Source of the DNA: Deltaproteobacteria bacterium
Lineage (GTDB): Bacteria; Myxococcota_A; Polyangia; Polyangiales; Houyiibacteriaceae
Reading direction: 5' to 3'
NCBI GenBank assembly: GCA_034670305.1
Contig: JAXMNT010000017.1
Location: 1-64,000 of the forward strand
DNA: 64,000 nucleotides
Under the pieces are notes generated by a model. That model saw only the letters and a program-made list of their open reading frames with translations. It was not told the origin of the DNA and made no database searches. The position numbers and the translations under genes were made by a program. Shown here piece by piece: positions 54,612 through 64,000 of this stretch (its first letter is position 1; every line of letters begins with the position of its first letter).

Positions 54612-55730
54612 GTGCCCTCGGTCCTGTTCGTTTCGAAGCCCGTCGAGCCCCCGTGGAACGACAGCAGCAAGAACCTCGTGCGCGACCTCGTCGGGGCGCT
54701 GCGCGGGTTCGAGCCGACCGTCATGGTCCGGCAGGGGTCGCGTGCACCGGGGCGTGCCCGCGCCTCGGGGGTGTACGGCGCCAAGTCGGGCGGCTTCTCG
54801 CCGGCGCTGGTCGACAACGCGCGGGTGCTGGGGCGCTTGGCGGCTGGTCCGTCGGCGGACATCTGGCACTTCTTCTTTGCGCCCAACCCGAGGACTGCGA
54901 AGGCGGCCCGCGCGGTTTCCCGCCTGCGCCGGGTGCCGACGGTGCACACCATCTGTTCGGCGCCCCGCGAAGACCTGCCGCTCGCCCCGAGCCTCTTCGC
55001 CGACCGCATCGTCGTGCTCAGCGCCCACACCCAGCGCCGGTTCGCGCGCGAGGGCATCGCGTCGACCCGCATCGCTCCAGCGATCACCCCGCTCGATGTG
55101 CCGACCGAGAAGGAGCGGCGCGCCGCACGGGCGCGGCTACAACTCCCGATGGACGGCGCGCTCATCGTGTACCCAGGCGACCTCGAGTTCGGCCACGGCG
55201 CGCGCACGACCATCGAAGCGTTTGCGCGATTGCCCGACGCGCACTTGGTGATGGCGTGCCGGCGCAAGACGCCCGAGGCGCGCGTGAAAGAAGACGAACT
55301 GCGTCGGCTGGCACGGCGCCGTGCCCCGGGTCGCGTGCACTGGATCGGCGAGACCCCGCACGTCCACGCGTTGCTCGGGGCGGCGGACGTGATCGCGCTT
55401 CCGACCGACACGCTCTTCGCGAAGATGGACTACCCACTCGTGCTCTTGGAGGCGATGTCGCAGGAGCGGGCCGTCGTCGTGGCCGAACACACGCCGGCGG
55501 CCGAGCTCGCGGTGCCCGCGCCGGAAGACGGGGCGGATGGGCAGGAACACGCGGCGGCCGCGGTGCCGCCCGACGTGGACGCATTGGAGGCGACCCTTCG
55601 GCGCTTGCTCGAGAACGACGACGAGCGGGCGCGGATCGGGGCGGCCGGCCGGCGCGCGGTGCTGCAGCGTTTCTCCCCCGGTCCGATGGCGCGCGCGTAC
55701 GAAGCACTCTACGAGGAGTTGCACACGTGA
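54612..55730 (+). CDS. Glycosyltransferase family 4
   Basis: AADVIALP...YPLVLLEAMS...VV; C-terminal G...V..FS...MAR.YE.LY. Confidence 0.88.
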   Translation: MPSVLFVSKPVEPPWNDSSKNLVRDLVGALRGFEPTVMVRQGSRAPGRARASGVYGAKSGGFSPALVDNARVLGRLAAGPSADIWHFFFAPNPRTAKAARAVSRLRRVPTVHTICSAPREDLPLAPSLFADRIVVLSAHTQRRFAREGIASTRIAPAITPLDVPTEKERRAARARLQLPMDGALIVYPGDLEFGHGARTTIEAFARLPDAHLVMACRRKTPEARVKEDELRRLARRRAPGRVHWIGETPHVHALLGAADVIALPTDTLFAKMDYPLVLLEAMSQERAVVVAEHTPAAELAVPAPEDGADGQEHAAAAVPPDVDALEATLRRLLENDDERARIGAAGRRAVLQRFSPGPMARAYEALYEELHT

Positions 55731-55764
55731 GGCGCCCACGCGCCGACCTTCCCCAAGACGCATC

Positions 55765-56475
55765 ATGAACTCCGACAACCAGGCCTATTACGACGACTTC
55801 GCGAGCGGCTACGAAGACGAGCGCGGCCGCGGCTACCACCAGCTGATCGACGACCTCGAACTCGACGTGCTGCGCCCGCTCGTTCAGCATCGAGAGGTGC
55901 TCGAGCTGGGCTGTGGCACCGGCCTCATTCTTCAACACGTCAAGCCACTGGCCAGGCGCGCACACGGCATCGATCTCTCACCGGGCATGATCGCGACGGC
56001 GCGCACCCGCGGTCTCGACGTCTCGGTGGCGAGTGTGTACGAGCTGCCGTTCGCGGACGGCGCGTTCGATCTTCTCTACAGCTTCAAGGTGCTCGCGCAC
56101 ATTCCCGACTTGCCGCGCGCGCTCGCCGAAGCCGCACGGGTCACGAAGCCAGGCGGCAAGGTCGTCATCGAACTCTACAACCCGATGAGCCTTCGCTACC
56201 TCGCGAAGCGGATTGCCGGTCCGCAGCCGATCAGTGACGGTCGCACGGAAGCCGACGTGTTCACGCAATGGCATGCGCCGTGGCAGGTTCAGGAGAATCT
56301 TCCGGACACGCTGAAGGTGTCTCAGGTCGCCGGGGTACGCGTGTTGACGCCGGCCGCATTCTTCCATCGGCTGCCCGTGGTGGCGCCCATTCTTCGTGCC
56401 GGCGAACGCGCGGCATTGCGATCGCCGCTCCGGTGGTTCGGCGGTTTTCTGGTCGTCGTACTCGACCGGGTCTGA
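55765..56475 (+). CDS. Class I SAM-dependent methyltransferase
   Basis: VLELGCGTG, GIDLS.GM, LPFADGAFD and RV.KPGG motifs. Confidence 0.93.
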   Translation: MNSDNQAYYDDFASGYEDERGRGYHQLIDDLELDVLRPLVQHREVLELGCGTGLILQHVKPLARRAHGIDLSPGMIATARTRGLDVSVASVYELPFADGAFDLLYSFKVLAHIPDLPRALAEAARVTKPGGKVVIELYNPMSLRYLAKRIAGPQPISDGRTEADVFTQWHAPWQVQENLPDTLKVSQVAGVRVLTPAAFFHRLPVVAPILRAGERAALRSPLRWFGGFLVVVLDRV

Positions 56476-56542
56476 GCTCGCGAACCGGTCGGCGGAGACT
56501 CGGTGTTGCGGGCCCGGTTGGGACTCGTTATACGAGCGACTG

Positions 56543-57475
56543 ATGGTCGGACCAGGAGAGAGCGCGGTGGGACGTTTGCGGCGTCGTGCCGAAGACGCGC
56601 TGGAGGGGCGACGCCACACCGAGGCGGAGACGCTCCTCGATCGTCTGCTGGAAATGGCGGAGGGCGAAGACGCGCTCTTCGCGCACCGTCAGTTGGCTCA
56701 GCTTCGACTCGAACGGCACCCGTGGCGCGCGGCGCTGCATCTGCGCCACGTGCTCAAGTACACCCAGCACGACGACGTGCCGCACGCGATGATGGGGTTG
56801 TGCCAGGCGCTGCTCGGCAACTACCGCGCGGCGGTCTCCTCGTACCGGCGCGCGCTGCAGGAGGCGCCCGGCACGCCGTGGTACCTGCACAACCTCGGGC
56901 ACCTGCTCGACGTCGCCCTCGACCAACCCAAGGTCGCGCTGGCGCCCCTCGAAGAAGCCTTCCGGCTGGAACCGACCCACGACGAAATCGCCGCGAGCCT
57001 CGGTCACTGCGTCGCGCGGCTCGGCGACCTCGAACGCGCGCTGCAACTCGCGAAGCAGGCCACCGACTACGCGCCGCAGAACCGCGACCACCGCCGACTC
57101 CTGAAGTGGGTCCAGAACGGCGCGCCCCCGGAAGGAATGAGCGACCCGGCGGAGCCCACCGCGGGTCTCGACACCAAAGTCCGCGAGTCGTTCGAGAAGC
57201 ACATGGCCTCGGCCGGCTTCACGCACGCCCAGGTGGATCATGCGAGAGACCTCTGGCGCGACTTCACCGAGCGGCGCGTGGTCCGCACCCGCAAGCCGGC
57301 CGTGCTGGCGGCCGCCATCGAATACGCCATCGCGGTGATTCACCGTCGGCGCGGCGTCACCCAAGCCAAGATCGCGCGACGCTACGGCGTGGCCGCCGGC
57401 TCGCTCTCGTCCCGCTACGGCGAGATCCGAGACGCGCTCGCGCTTCGTCCCAACGATCCGCGCTACGCCGGCTGA
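56543..57475 (+). CDS. TPR protein with a C-terminal TFIIB-like cyclin/HTH module
   Basis: TPR helices, then RKPAVLAAAIEY...VTQAKIARRYGV....LSSRYGEI. Confidence 0.75.
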   Translation: MVGPGESAVGRLRRRAEDALEGRRHTEAETLLDRLLEMAEGEDALFAHRQLAQLRLERHPWRAALHLRHVLKYTQHDDVPHAMMGLCQALLGNYRAAVSSYRRALQEAPGTPWYLHNLGHLLDVALDQPKVALAPLEEAFRLEPTHDEIAASLGHCVARLGDLERALQLAKQATDYAPQNRDHRRLLKWVQNGAPPEGMSDPAEPTAGLDTKVRESFEKHMASAGFTHAQVDHARDLWRDFTERRVVRTRKPAVLAAAIEYAIAVIHRRRGVTQAKIARRYGVAAGSLSSRYGEIRDALALRPNDPRYAG

Positions 57476-57523
57476 GTGCCGAAAACTTGGGCGCGGCGTT
57501 CGGTGCGCGGTACCCCGAGGGAG

Positions 57524-58450
57524 ATGGATCCCAACGTCCCCACCGCGAGCAGTCTGGGCCGCGCGCTGCTGCGGTTGTCGCACGCCCGTGCCACCGGCAC
57601 GCTCGAGGTACGCGGTGGGCGGTTTCGTCGTGGGGGGCGTCGAGCCCGCTTCGTGCTGCACTCCGGACGTGCGGTCGCGGTGGACCTACCGGGCGTCGCG
57701 CCGCTCCATGAGTTCGTGGACATGGATCTCGACGCGCACCGGTCGATGCTTCCTGAACTCGAGGGGCGGGCGGGTCCCATCGGGCAGCGGCTCGTACGCG
57801 GTGGACTCTTGCCTGCGGCTGGGCTCACCCACGCACTGCGGCGGCAGATGCGTGCGCGGACGATCGAAGTGTTCTCTTGGCCGGTCGCCGAGTTCGCCTT
57901 TGCGCCGATCGCCGCGGCGGTGCCCACCATCGATCGGCCGATGTCGATCGGCGACCTGGTCGCGTTCGCTTGTCGCGGATCTCTGCGGGTGCCCAGCGTG
58001 GTGCGCCGTCGACTCGAGCGGGCCACGTTTGGACTGACCGACCGGGGACGGCACGCGCTCGCGGAGTCGGCGCTCTACCCAGAAGAGATGGCCATGCACC
58101 AGGTGCTCACCGCGCAACCGATGTTGGGCGAGTCCCTGCTCTCGGTGGGCGGCGGCGCGCAGCGTGCGGAGACCGCCCTCTACGGATGGAGTCTCGTCGG
58201 CATCGTGCGCGAGCGGTCGGTCGAGACGAGCAGCCACCGGACGCTCCTGCGCAAGCGCCGCCAACTCGGCCAGGCGGACGCACGCGGCCTGCTGGAGCTG
58301 GATCAGACGACCGGACGCAGCGCCCGCCAGAACCTCACCCGCCTCCTCTGCGACGTACACCCCGACAAGTTCGGCCCCGACCTCCAGCGCAGCTCCGGCG
58401 AGGTCGTCCAGGCGCTTCTGCGCGCCGAACGAGACCTGCGAGAGAAGTAG
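57524..58450 (+). CDS. DUF4388-like protein with a degenerate C-terminal J domain
   Basis: L..L....ATGTLEV N-terminus, IGQRLV..G, VFSW...F.F; C-terminal VHPDKF. Confidence 0.65.
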   Translation: MDPNVPTASSLGRALLRLSHARATGTLEVRGGRFRRGGRRARFVLHSGRAVAVDLPGVAPLHEFVDMDLDAHRSMLPELEGRAGPIGQRLVRGGLLPAAGLTHALRRQMRARTIEVFSWPVAEFAFAPIAAAVPTIDRPMSIGDLVAFACRGSLRVPSVVRRRLERATFGLTDRGRHALAESALYPEEMAMHQVLTAQPMLGESLLSVGGGAQRAETALYGWSLVGIVRERSVETSSHRTLLRKRRQLGQADARGLLELDQTTGRSARQNLTRLLCDVHPDKFGPDLQRSSGEVVQALLRAERDLREK

Positions 58451-58471
58451 CGCGCCGCGCTTCGGGCGGGT

Positions 58472-58746
58472 TCGGCCTCGCTCGGCTTCGGCTTCGCTCG
58501 GCTTCGGCTTCGCTCGGCTTCGGCCCCGAACCACGGGCACGGGCACGGGCACGGGAACCGCGCAGCCTCTCCTTCGGATTCGGCTTCGGATTCGGCTTGG
58601 GGCTCGGCTTCGGCTTCGGGATCGGGATCGGGATCGGCTTCGGGATCGGCTTCGGGATCGCCTTCGGGATCGGCATCGGGATCGGCATCGGGATCGGCCT
58701 CGGGATCGGCTCCGGGATCGGCCTCGGCTTCGGCTTCGGCTTCGGC
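58472..58746 (-). repeat. Composite array: on + strand TTCGGC, GGGCAC and ATCGGG/ATCGGC tracts
   Basis: Visible tandem repeats between convergent genes. Confidence 0.95.
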
Positions 58747-58764
58747 GGCAACAGACCGCCAAGA

Positions 58765-58797
58765 GAAAACCCCCGAGCCAAACCGGCGCGGGGGTTC
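58765..58797 (-). terminator. Rho-independent terminator
   Basis: AACCCCCGCGCC-GGTTT-GGCTCGGGGGTT then TTCTC on the minus strand. Confidence 0.7.
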
Positions 58798-58831
58798 ACT
58801 TCGCTTTGGGGGCGCAGAGGCGCCACCGACG

Positions 58832-61423
58832 TCACTCTTCGGGCAACCACCAGGGCACGCCGCCTTCTTGGCCGGCGCCGCCTTCTTGGCCGCCGCCTTC
58901 CTGGCCGCCGCCGCCTTCCTGGCCGCCGCCGCCTTCCTGGCCGCCGCCACCTTCCTGGCCGCCGCCGCCTTCCTGGCCGCCGCCGCCTTCCTGGCCGCCG
59001 CCTTCGCCACGCATCCACCACGGCTGATCCGGGTCACCGCCCTGGTTGCCCTGGCCCTGGTTGCCTTGGCCCTGGTTGCCTTGGCCCTGGTTGCCTTGGC
59101 CCTGGTTCGGGTTCGTGGTGCGTGCGGCCTGGCGCACTTCCCACCACGGCCGACCGATGGTGCCGTTGCTCGCCAGTCGTTCGGCGCGGGACCACCAGAA
59201 TCGGTCCGTCGGCGCAGCCCGAGGAGCGGTCGGTTGGGCACCGGGGCGCAGGTTCACCGTGAAGGTCGCGCGCATCCGGCGCTGCCGGAACGGCGGGAAC
59301 TCGATGGCGGCGACCACGGGGTTGATGCACGCCGCGAACTCGGGCGTGTTCGGTGCGAATCGGAAGTCCCGCGGGGATCCGTCTTGTTCGAGAATGAACA
59401 CGACGCGCATCTGTCCGAGCCGCGGGTTGCGTTCCAGTTCGTTCTCGACACAGCCGCGCATGCCCTCGGTCTGGGTCGCGAAGGCGTCGTTGATCTGCCG
59501 CTGACTCAAACGCATCGGCCGGCCGGCGCGCTCCTGCCGAGCTGCTTCCGCAGCCGCTGCGGCGGCCGCTTCCGTCTCCGCCAGCGCGGCGGCTTCGGCG
59601 TCTTGCACTTCGCGTTCGAAGAGTCCGTTGATGGCGAGGGTGAGGGGCGCGAGCGTGCCGGCCTTGGCCATCAGTTCGCGCAGCAGTGTTCGTCCTTCGT
59701 CCCCGCCGTGGCGGAAGATGCCCTCGGCCGCGACCGCGATCGACTGCGGCGCCTCCGCGAAGGTGGAGTCCGCGTGGTAGAGGATCAGGAACGAGCGAAG
59801 CGCCGGAACGACGCTCTCGTCGCCGAGCTCCACGATCCCGCGAATCACCAGCGGCAGTTCAGCGGCCGGGGTCTCGTGGTCGAGCATGTGTCGAACGAGG
59901 CCGGTGACGGCGTCCTTCTTCTCCTGCTGAAGCAGGGCCGGCACGATGAGCGAGAGCGGCGGCGCCGGCGTCTCCTCGAGGTAGTCGTAGCGGGTCTCGA
60001 GCGCAGTCACGAGGTGCTCCGTGCCGACGGTGCGCTCGCGCAGCACGTTGCCGATGGTCTCGCGGAGGGCACCGGGCACATGGCGTTGCGCGTAGAGGTC
60101 GAGCAAGACGCGCGTGATCTCTGGGTCCTGCATCGCCGCCAGCTGTTCGATCGCGAACGAGCGTGCAGGCACGAGGCGGTTGTCCGGGTCGCCTGCGATC
60201 TCGGTCAACGACGTGAGCAGGTCCACCGGTTCGCCGGCTTCACCACCCGGGTCGAACCCGAGCACGTCGATGCCCGCCGACGCGAGCTCCATCTCGGACC
60301 CACCGGTCCAGCGGTCGTTGCCAGTGGCCGGGTGCAGCACCCGCATCGCGCCCTGTTCGCCCACGGTGAAGAGCCCGCTCTCGAGCACGGTCGCGTTGAT
60401 GACGTCCTGGTCGAGCTTGCGGCTCCACACGAGCACGTTGTCGGTGTCGAACGCGAAGACGTAGCGGTAGTAGACGAAGTAGAACCGGTCGCCGAGGACG
60501 GGCACCGTCTCGGGATCCGTGCTGGTGGCGGGTGCGAAGTAGATTCGGATCCGGCCGCGCGCGCTGCGGGTGCCCGGAAGTGGGTAGAAGCTGTCGTCTT
60601 CGACCAGCGGCTCCCGCGGCGCGAACGGAATCGGCGGCTCGCGGTAGGTGCTCTCTGCTTTGGTGCCGGCGAACGACCGCTCGTTGAGCTGGTAGATGCC
60701 TTGGGCGCCGTAGAAGAGTCCAGCCGGTTCCGCGCGCACCCAGGCGAGCACGTCGTCCGTGGAGCGCAGCCGGGCCTTTTCGAGGCCGGTGGCCAAATCG
60801 AGGATCGCAATGTTCTGCCGGTCCCACGGGACGAACGCGTAGTTGCCGTAGGCCACGGGGCGGCCGAGCACGCCGGCGATCTCGTGGTCCCAGATTCCGC
60901 GCCCCGTACGCGCGTCCACCGCGCGCAGATGTCCGACCCGGGTGGCGCCGCCCGCGACACCCACGCTGACGACGTAGAGCACGGTGTTGCCGGTGCGGCT
61001 GGCGCCGACGTACGCGAGGCTCTCGAGCGGACCGGTCCAGAGTTCGTTTCCGGTACGAAGGTCGAGCGCCACGACGGCGTCGCGCCGGCTCGTGAGGATG
61101 ACGTCGCCGAGGATCTCGGGCCGCGTGCGGGCATCGAACGCTTTGCGCCAAAGCGGCACGCCATCGAGGCCGAGCGCGATCAGTTCGGGCGTCTCGCCGT
61201 GGGTGGTCGCGACCACCATCGGTTGGCCGCTCGCGTTGTTGGGCGCGGCAGGCCGTACGCCGGGGAGGGAGGCGAGCACCGGCTCCATGTCGGCCTGCTC
61301 GTTGTCTGCGAAGTGGTGGCTGAACGCGTCCGTGTAGCCGGTGTAGCTCACGCAGCCCGAGGCGAACGCCAGGATGCCCACCAAGAGGAACTTCGGAACG
61401 TGGTTGGTCGAAACGCAGGTCAT
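58832..61423 (-). CDS. Lipoprotein: PQQ-like propeller, HEAT repeats, AgmX/TonB-C-like domain, PWW/Gly-Gln tail
   Basis: ASGC lipobox; TG..LW blades; helical middle; GC.E.EL.RNP.L...C....FPPF; low-complexity tail. Confidence 0.75.
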   Translation of the reverse strand: MTCVSTNHVPKFLLVGILAFASGCVSYTGYTDAFSHHFADNEQADMEPVLASLPGVRPAAPNNASGQPMVVATTHGETPELIALGLDGVPLWRKAFDARTRPEILGDVILTSRRDAVVALDLRTGNELWTGPLESLAYVGASRTGNTVLYVVSVGVAGGATRVGHLRAVDARTGRGIWDHEIAGVLGRPVAYGNYAFVPWDRQNIAILDLATGLEKARLRSTDDVLAWVRAEPAGLFYGAQGIYQLNERSFAGTKAESTYREPPIPFAPREPLVEDDSFYPLPGTRSARGRIRIYFAPATSTDPETVPVLGDRFYFVYYRYVFAFDTDNVLVWSRKLDQDVINATVLESGLFTVGEQGAMRVLHPATGNDRWTGGSEMELASAGIDVLGFDPGGEAGEPVDLLTSLTEIAGDPDNRLVPARSFAIEQLAAMQDPEITRVLLDLYAQRHVPGALRETIGNVLRERTVGTEHLVTALETRYDYLEETPAPPLSLIVPALLQQEKKDAVTGLVRHMLDHETPAAELPLVIRGIVELGDESVVPALRSFLILYHADSTFAEAPQSIAVAAEGIFRHGGDEGRTLLRELMAKAGTLAPLTLAINGLFEREVQDAEAAALAETEAAAAAAAEAARQERAGRPMRLSQRQINDAFATQTEGMRGCVENELERNPRLGQMRVVFILEQDGSPRDFRFAPNTPEFAACINPVVAAIEFPPFRQRRMRATFTVNLRPGAQPTAPRAAPTDRFWWSRAERLASNGTIGRPWWEVRQAARTTNPNQGQGNQGQGNQGQGNQGQGNQGGDPDQPWWMRGEGGGQEGGGGQEGGGGQEGGGGQEGGGGQEGGGGQEGGGQEGGAGQEGGVPWWLPEE

Positions 61424-62367
61424 TGCGCTGCTCCTTCGGCGGCTGCCGGCGCAGCGGGTGCCGCCGGTGCCGCGGGTGCCGCGCCACCGACGCGGGTTCC
61501 AGCGGCTTCTTCAGGGATGCGTCGAATGGTCTCTTCGAGCAGGGTCTTGAGTTCGATGATGCCGCGGTTGCGGGTGCGCTCCGGCAAGGTGCGGAGGTAG
61601 TCCTCGAGGAAACGTCGAACCATCACACCGGCGACTTCACCGAGGCGTTCGATCATCTCCTTCTTCTTGCCGAGCGCGATGTCGTCGCGGCGCAGGAACT
61701 GGCTGTACCCCGAGAGCATGACGCCGAGCGGTTCCCGACCGAGGAACCCGTTGTAGCGTTCGATGGATGCCGCCGGTGCGATCTTGCCAATCGCGATCGC
61801 GGCTTCGACCACGTTGCGTTCAAACGCTCGGAACAGAAGGTCGAGCGACTGTCGGGCGCCGGTCTCTCCCAGCGCGAGGGCGGCCGCGCCGCGAACCGTG
61901 CGATCGCTGTCGCGGAGGCCGCGCTCGAGCAGTCCTCGAACCCGCCCGTCTTCGATCACCGCGAGCGCCTGGTAGGCCCGGCGTCGGGCGGCTACCCGGC
62001 GGTGGTTCGTGAACTCGGTGAGAACTTCGATCGAACTCGGGTGGGCCAGGCCGCGAAGCGCGACGAGCGCCCGGTTCGTCAGGTGGTCTGGAGGGCCGGA
62101 GCGCAAGAACGCGGCGAGGTGCGGCACGACCTCGGGACGGTCGATGATCACGAGCAGGTCGATCGCTTCCTGGACTTCATCCGGGTTCGCGCTCAGCAGC
62201 CGCGGTGCGACCGTGTCGAGATCGGCGATGGTCACCTGGGGCCGGCTCGGCGTGTCGTTGGCCGCACGTCTGCCACGTCGTTGGGCCTCGGCCGGTACGG
62301 ACGCGAACAACACGAACAGCGCGAGGGCGCACACGAATTTGCGGGGCATCTTGGGGATGCGAGACAT
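61420..62367 (-). CDS. Exported HEAT-repeat protein
   Basis: Signal peptide ending AEA; LRDSDRTVRGAAALALG; ATGA overlap with the downstream gene. Confidence 0.8.
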   Translation of the reverse strand: MSRIPKMPRKFVCALALFVLFASVPAEAQRRGRRAANDTPSRPQVTIADLDTVAPRLLSANPDEVQEAIDLLVIIDRPEVVPHLAAFLRSGPPDHLTNRALVALRGLAHPSSIEVLTEFTNHRRVAARRRAYQALAVIEDGRVRGLLERGLRDSDRTVRGAAALALGETGARQSLDLLFRAFERNVVEAAIAIGKIAPAASIERYNGFLGREPLGVMLSGYSQFLRRDDIALGKKKEMIERLGEVAGVMVRRFLEDYLRTLPERTRNRGIIELKTLLEETIRRIPEEAAGTRVGGAAPAAPAAPAAPAAAEGAAQ

Positions 62368-62603
62368 CTCAACCTCTCTGCGGCTGCGCCAGGTGGTCCC
62401 CCCCAAACTGGCGGCCCGACGCGATTCCACGAGCCCCATAGCAGAAACCCCAGACCGTCCCAACGGACGATGTCGCGCACAACGGTCGATCGATCGCACA
62501 GGCGTACGAGGTCTGCGCAGCCCCAACCCTTGGATCGAATCGCGCACCGTGCCGAAGGATCGACTCGCGCCCACTGTGGAGATGCGCTTTAGTCCGAGCC
62601 TCG

Positions 62604-64000
62604 ATGTCTCGGATTCGAACCATGCTCCGGTCCCGTCGCAGGCTGATCGCCGCCGCCGCCCTCGTGTCGCTGGGCTTGGTTGCGCTTCGGTGGGGGGCGT
62701 ACGCATCCGCGGGCGACTCGGCGGCATCGCTGGCCATGGCGCTTCAAGACGAGGTGCTCGTCGACACCGAGAGCGTGTTGTTCTTCGGACCGGCCGGCGG
62801 TGCGATCCAGGCGCGGGCCGCACTCTTTTGCGGACAGGTCGAAGAGAACGCCCCTGCGGACCTCTACTATGTCGAAGCCCGCCTTGGTTCCGACGGCGAA
62901 GTGCTCGGCGTGCGGGGGCTCTCCAATCTGACGCGCACGAGTTCGGGCGACGAGACCACGCCGACGTTGGTTGGCGAACACCACGCGGTCTACCTCACGC
63001 GGGTCGGTGGCCAGTTCAACGCCTTCACGGTGCTCGATCTGCGCGGGGAACCAGAGACCATCACTGCCGATTGGCCGGGACGCGCGCGGCTACAGAACGC
63101 GATCACGAACCTCCACGACGCAGGCCGAACCGAAGGTTTCGGCAGGATCCGCTACGCACTGCGACCCGCGGCGGACGACGTGCAGGTCGAGCTCGAGGAC
63201 GAACTCATCGCGGTGACGGCCGACGGTGCGCGCGTCGAAGTGCGGGTCGACACCGCCACCCCGATCGCGGGTGCGGACCGGGTCGAAGTCCAGCCGCTCG
63301 AGAAGGGCATGCCCGGCACGATCACGTGGGTGGTCGACACCGTGCGCAACCTGAGTTTCGTCGGACCCGAACCGATCGCCTGGCTCGAGTCCCGCGTCTT
63401 CGCGGTGAAAGACTGGGTGCAGCGCCGCTGGTACAGCGTGGCCGGGTCCGAAACCGACACCGCCGCGGAGGTCGCCGCAGAGACCGGCGTGACCGCCGAA
63501 GAAGCACGGCGCCGTCTGGAGCTCACCACGCCGCGGCCCGAACTCGGTTGGCCGCCGCCCGCGCTCGAGCCGATCGTTCGGCGGCCGGCAGAGGGAGAGG
63601 GCGCGTGGATCCCGATCGTCGACGACCCGATGGTGCGGCAGTACCCGAACGCGCCTCCGCATTTCTACAGCACGTTTCTCCAGGTCGATCCGGAGCGTCC
63701 GTTCACCCGCGTCTACATCGTGCTGTGGGATCCTCGCGCACTCCAGCTGCGCATCATGAGCGGCACGCGCGAACCCGAGAGTGCGACCGGCGAGACCGCG
63801 CCGGGCATGGTGCCGCGGGATCCAGAAACGCTGTCGCGGGTGGTCGCTGGGTTCAACGGAGGCTTTCAATCGTTGCACGGCGAGTTCGGCATGATGTCCG
63901 GCGGGCGCGTGTACCTGCCGCCCAAACCGTGGTCGGCCACCGTCGCGGTCTACGACGACGGGCGCGTCGCGATGGGAAGCTGGCTCGACCCGCCCGAAGG
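62604..64000 (+). CDS. Membrane-anchored protein with a phosphodiester glycosidase (NAGPA-like) domain, 3' partial
   Basis: Frame from ATG 62604/62622 apparently runs off the window (so not in the ORF track); TM segment, NLTRT, and VAGFNGGF at 63843. Confidence 0.7.
   Translation, partial: MSRIRTMLRSRRRLIAAAALVSLGLVALRWGAYASAGDSAASLAMALQDEVLVDTESVLFFGPAGGAIQARAALFCGQVEENAPADLYYVEARLGSDGEVLGVRGLSNLTRTSSGDETTPTLVGEHHAVYLTRVGGQFNAFTVLDLRGEPETITADWPGRARLQNAITNLHDAGRTEGFGRIRYALRPAADDVQVELEDELIAVTADGARVEVRVDTATPIAGADRVEVQPLEKGMPGTITWVVDTVRNLSFVGPEPIAWLESRVFAVKDWVQRRWYSVAGSETDTAAEVAAETGVTAEEARRRLELTTPRPELGWPPPALEPIVRRPAEGEGAWIPIVDDPMVRQYPNAPPHFYSTFLQVDPERPFTRVYIVLWDPRALQLRIMSGTREPESATGETAPGMVPRDPETLSRVVAGFNGGFQSLHGEFGMMSGGRVYLPPKPWSATVAVYDDGRVAMGSWLDPPE

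Noticed and set aside
58303-59241. Histone H1-like KAAAARK ORF
   Set aside because: Alternative-frame reading of the QEGGGG repeats of the 58832-61423 gene; the main frame has the coherent PWW motifs, stop codon and terminator

Overview
High-GC bacterial chromosomal window. Gene content (many Cys-containing lipoproteins, MshEN, PQQ/HEAT/AgmX-like, PrkA and Ser/Thr kinase proteins) points to Myxococcota, probably Polyangiales/Sandaracinaceae-like; this is an inference. There are about 55 CDS, including ddl, iscS-mnmA, rlmD-like, a sulfite/nitrite reductase, frmA-fghA, an NtrC-like regulator, lysC, comEA, rluA-family, prkA, a carotenoid oxygenase, pdxJ-nnr, an ECF sigma factor, moeB, lspA-lgt, plus tRNA-Glu(CTC) and tRNA-Gln(CTG). 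No CRISPR array, rRNA, prophage or intact transposase is visible. The most notable observations: (1) a family of about 11 intergenic GCC-NNN hexamer arrays, with GCCGAW tracts often coupled to G4-capable GGGCAN tracts; (2) a 125-bp hairpin-rich dispersed element in 3 copies, the tandem pair flanked by a 16-bp direct repeat; (3) two copies of an IS5-like right end; (4) a translationally coupled 4-gene operon of exported proteins built from about 10 copies of one Cys-paired domain; (5) a TPR protein ending in a TFIIB-like cyclin/HTH module; (6) a HARE-HTH/Mrr-like protein with an acidic tail; (7) an ECF sigma gene behind a near-consensus sigma-54 promoter; (8) two distant paralogous lipoproteins with a duplicated unknown domain. 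All family assignments come from motif recognition by eye; no database searches were run.
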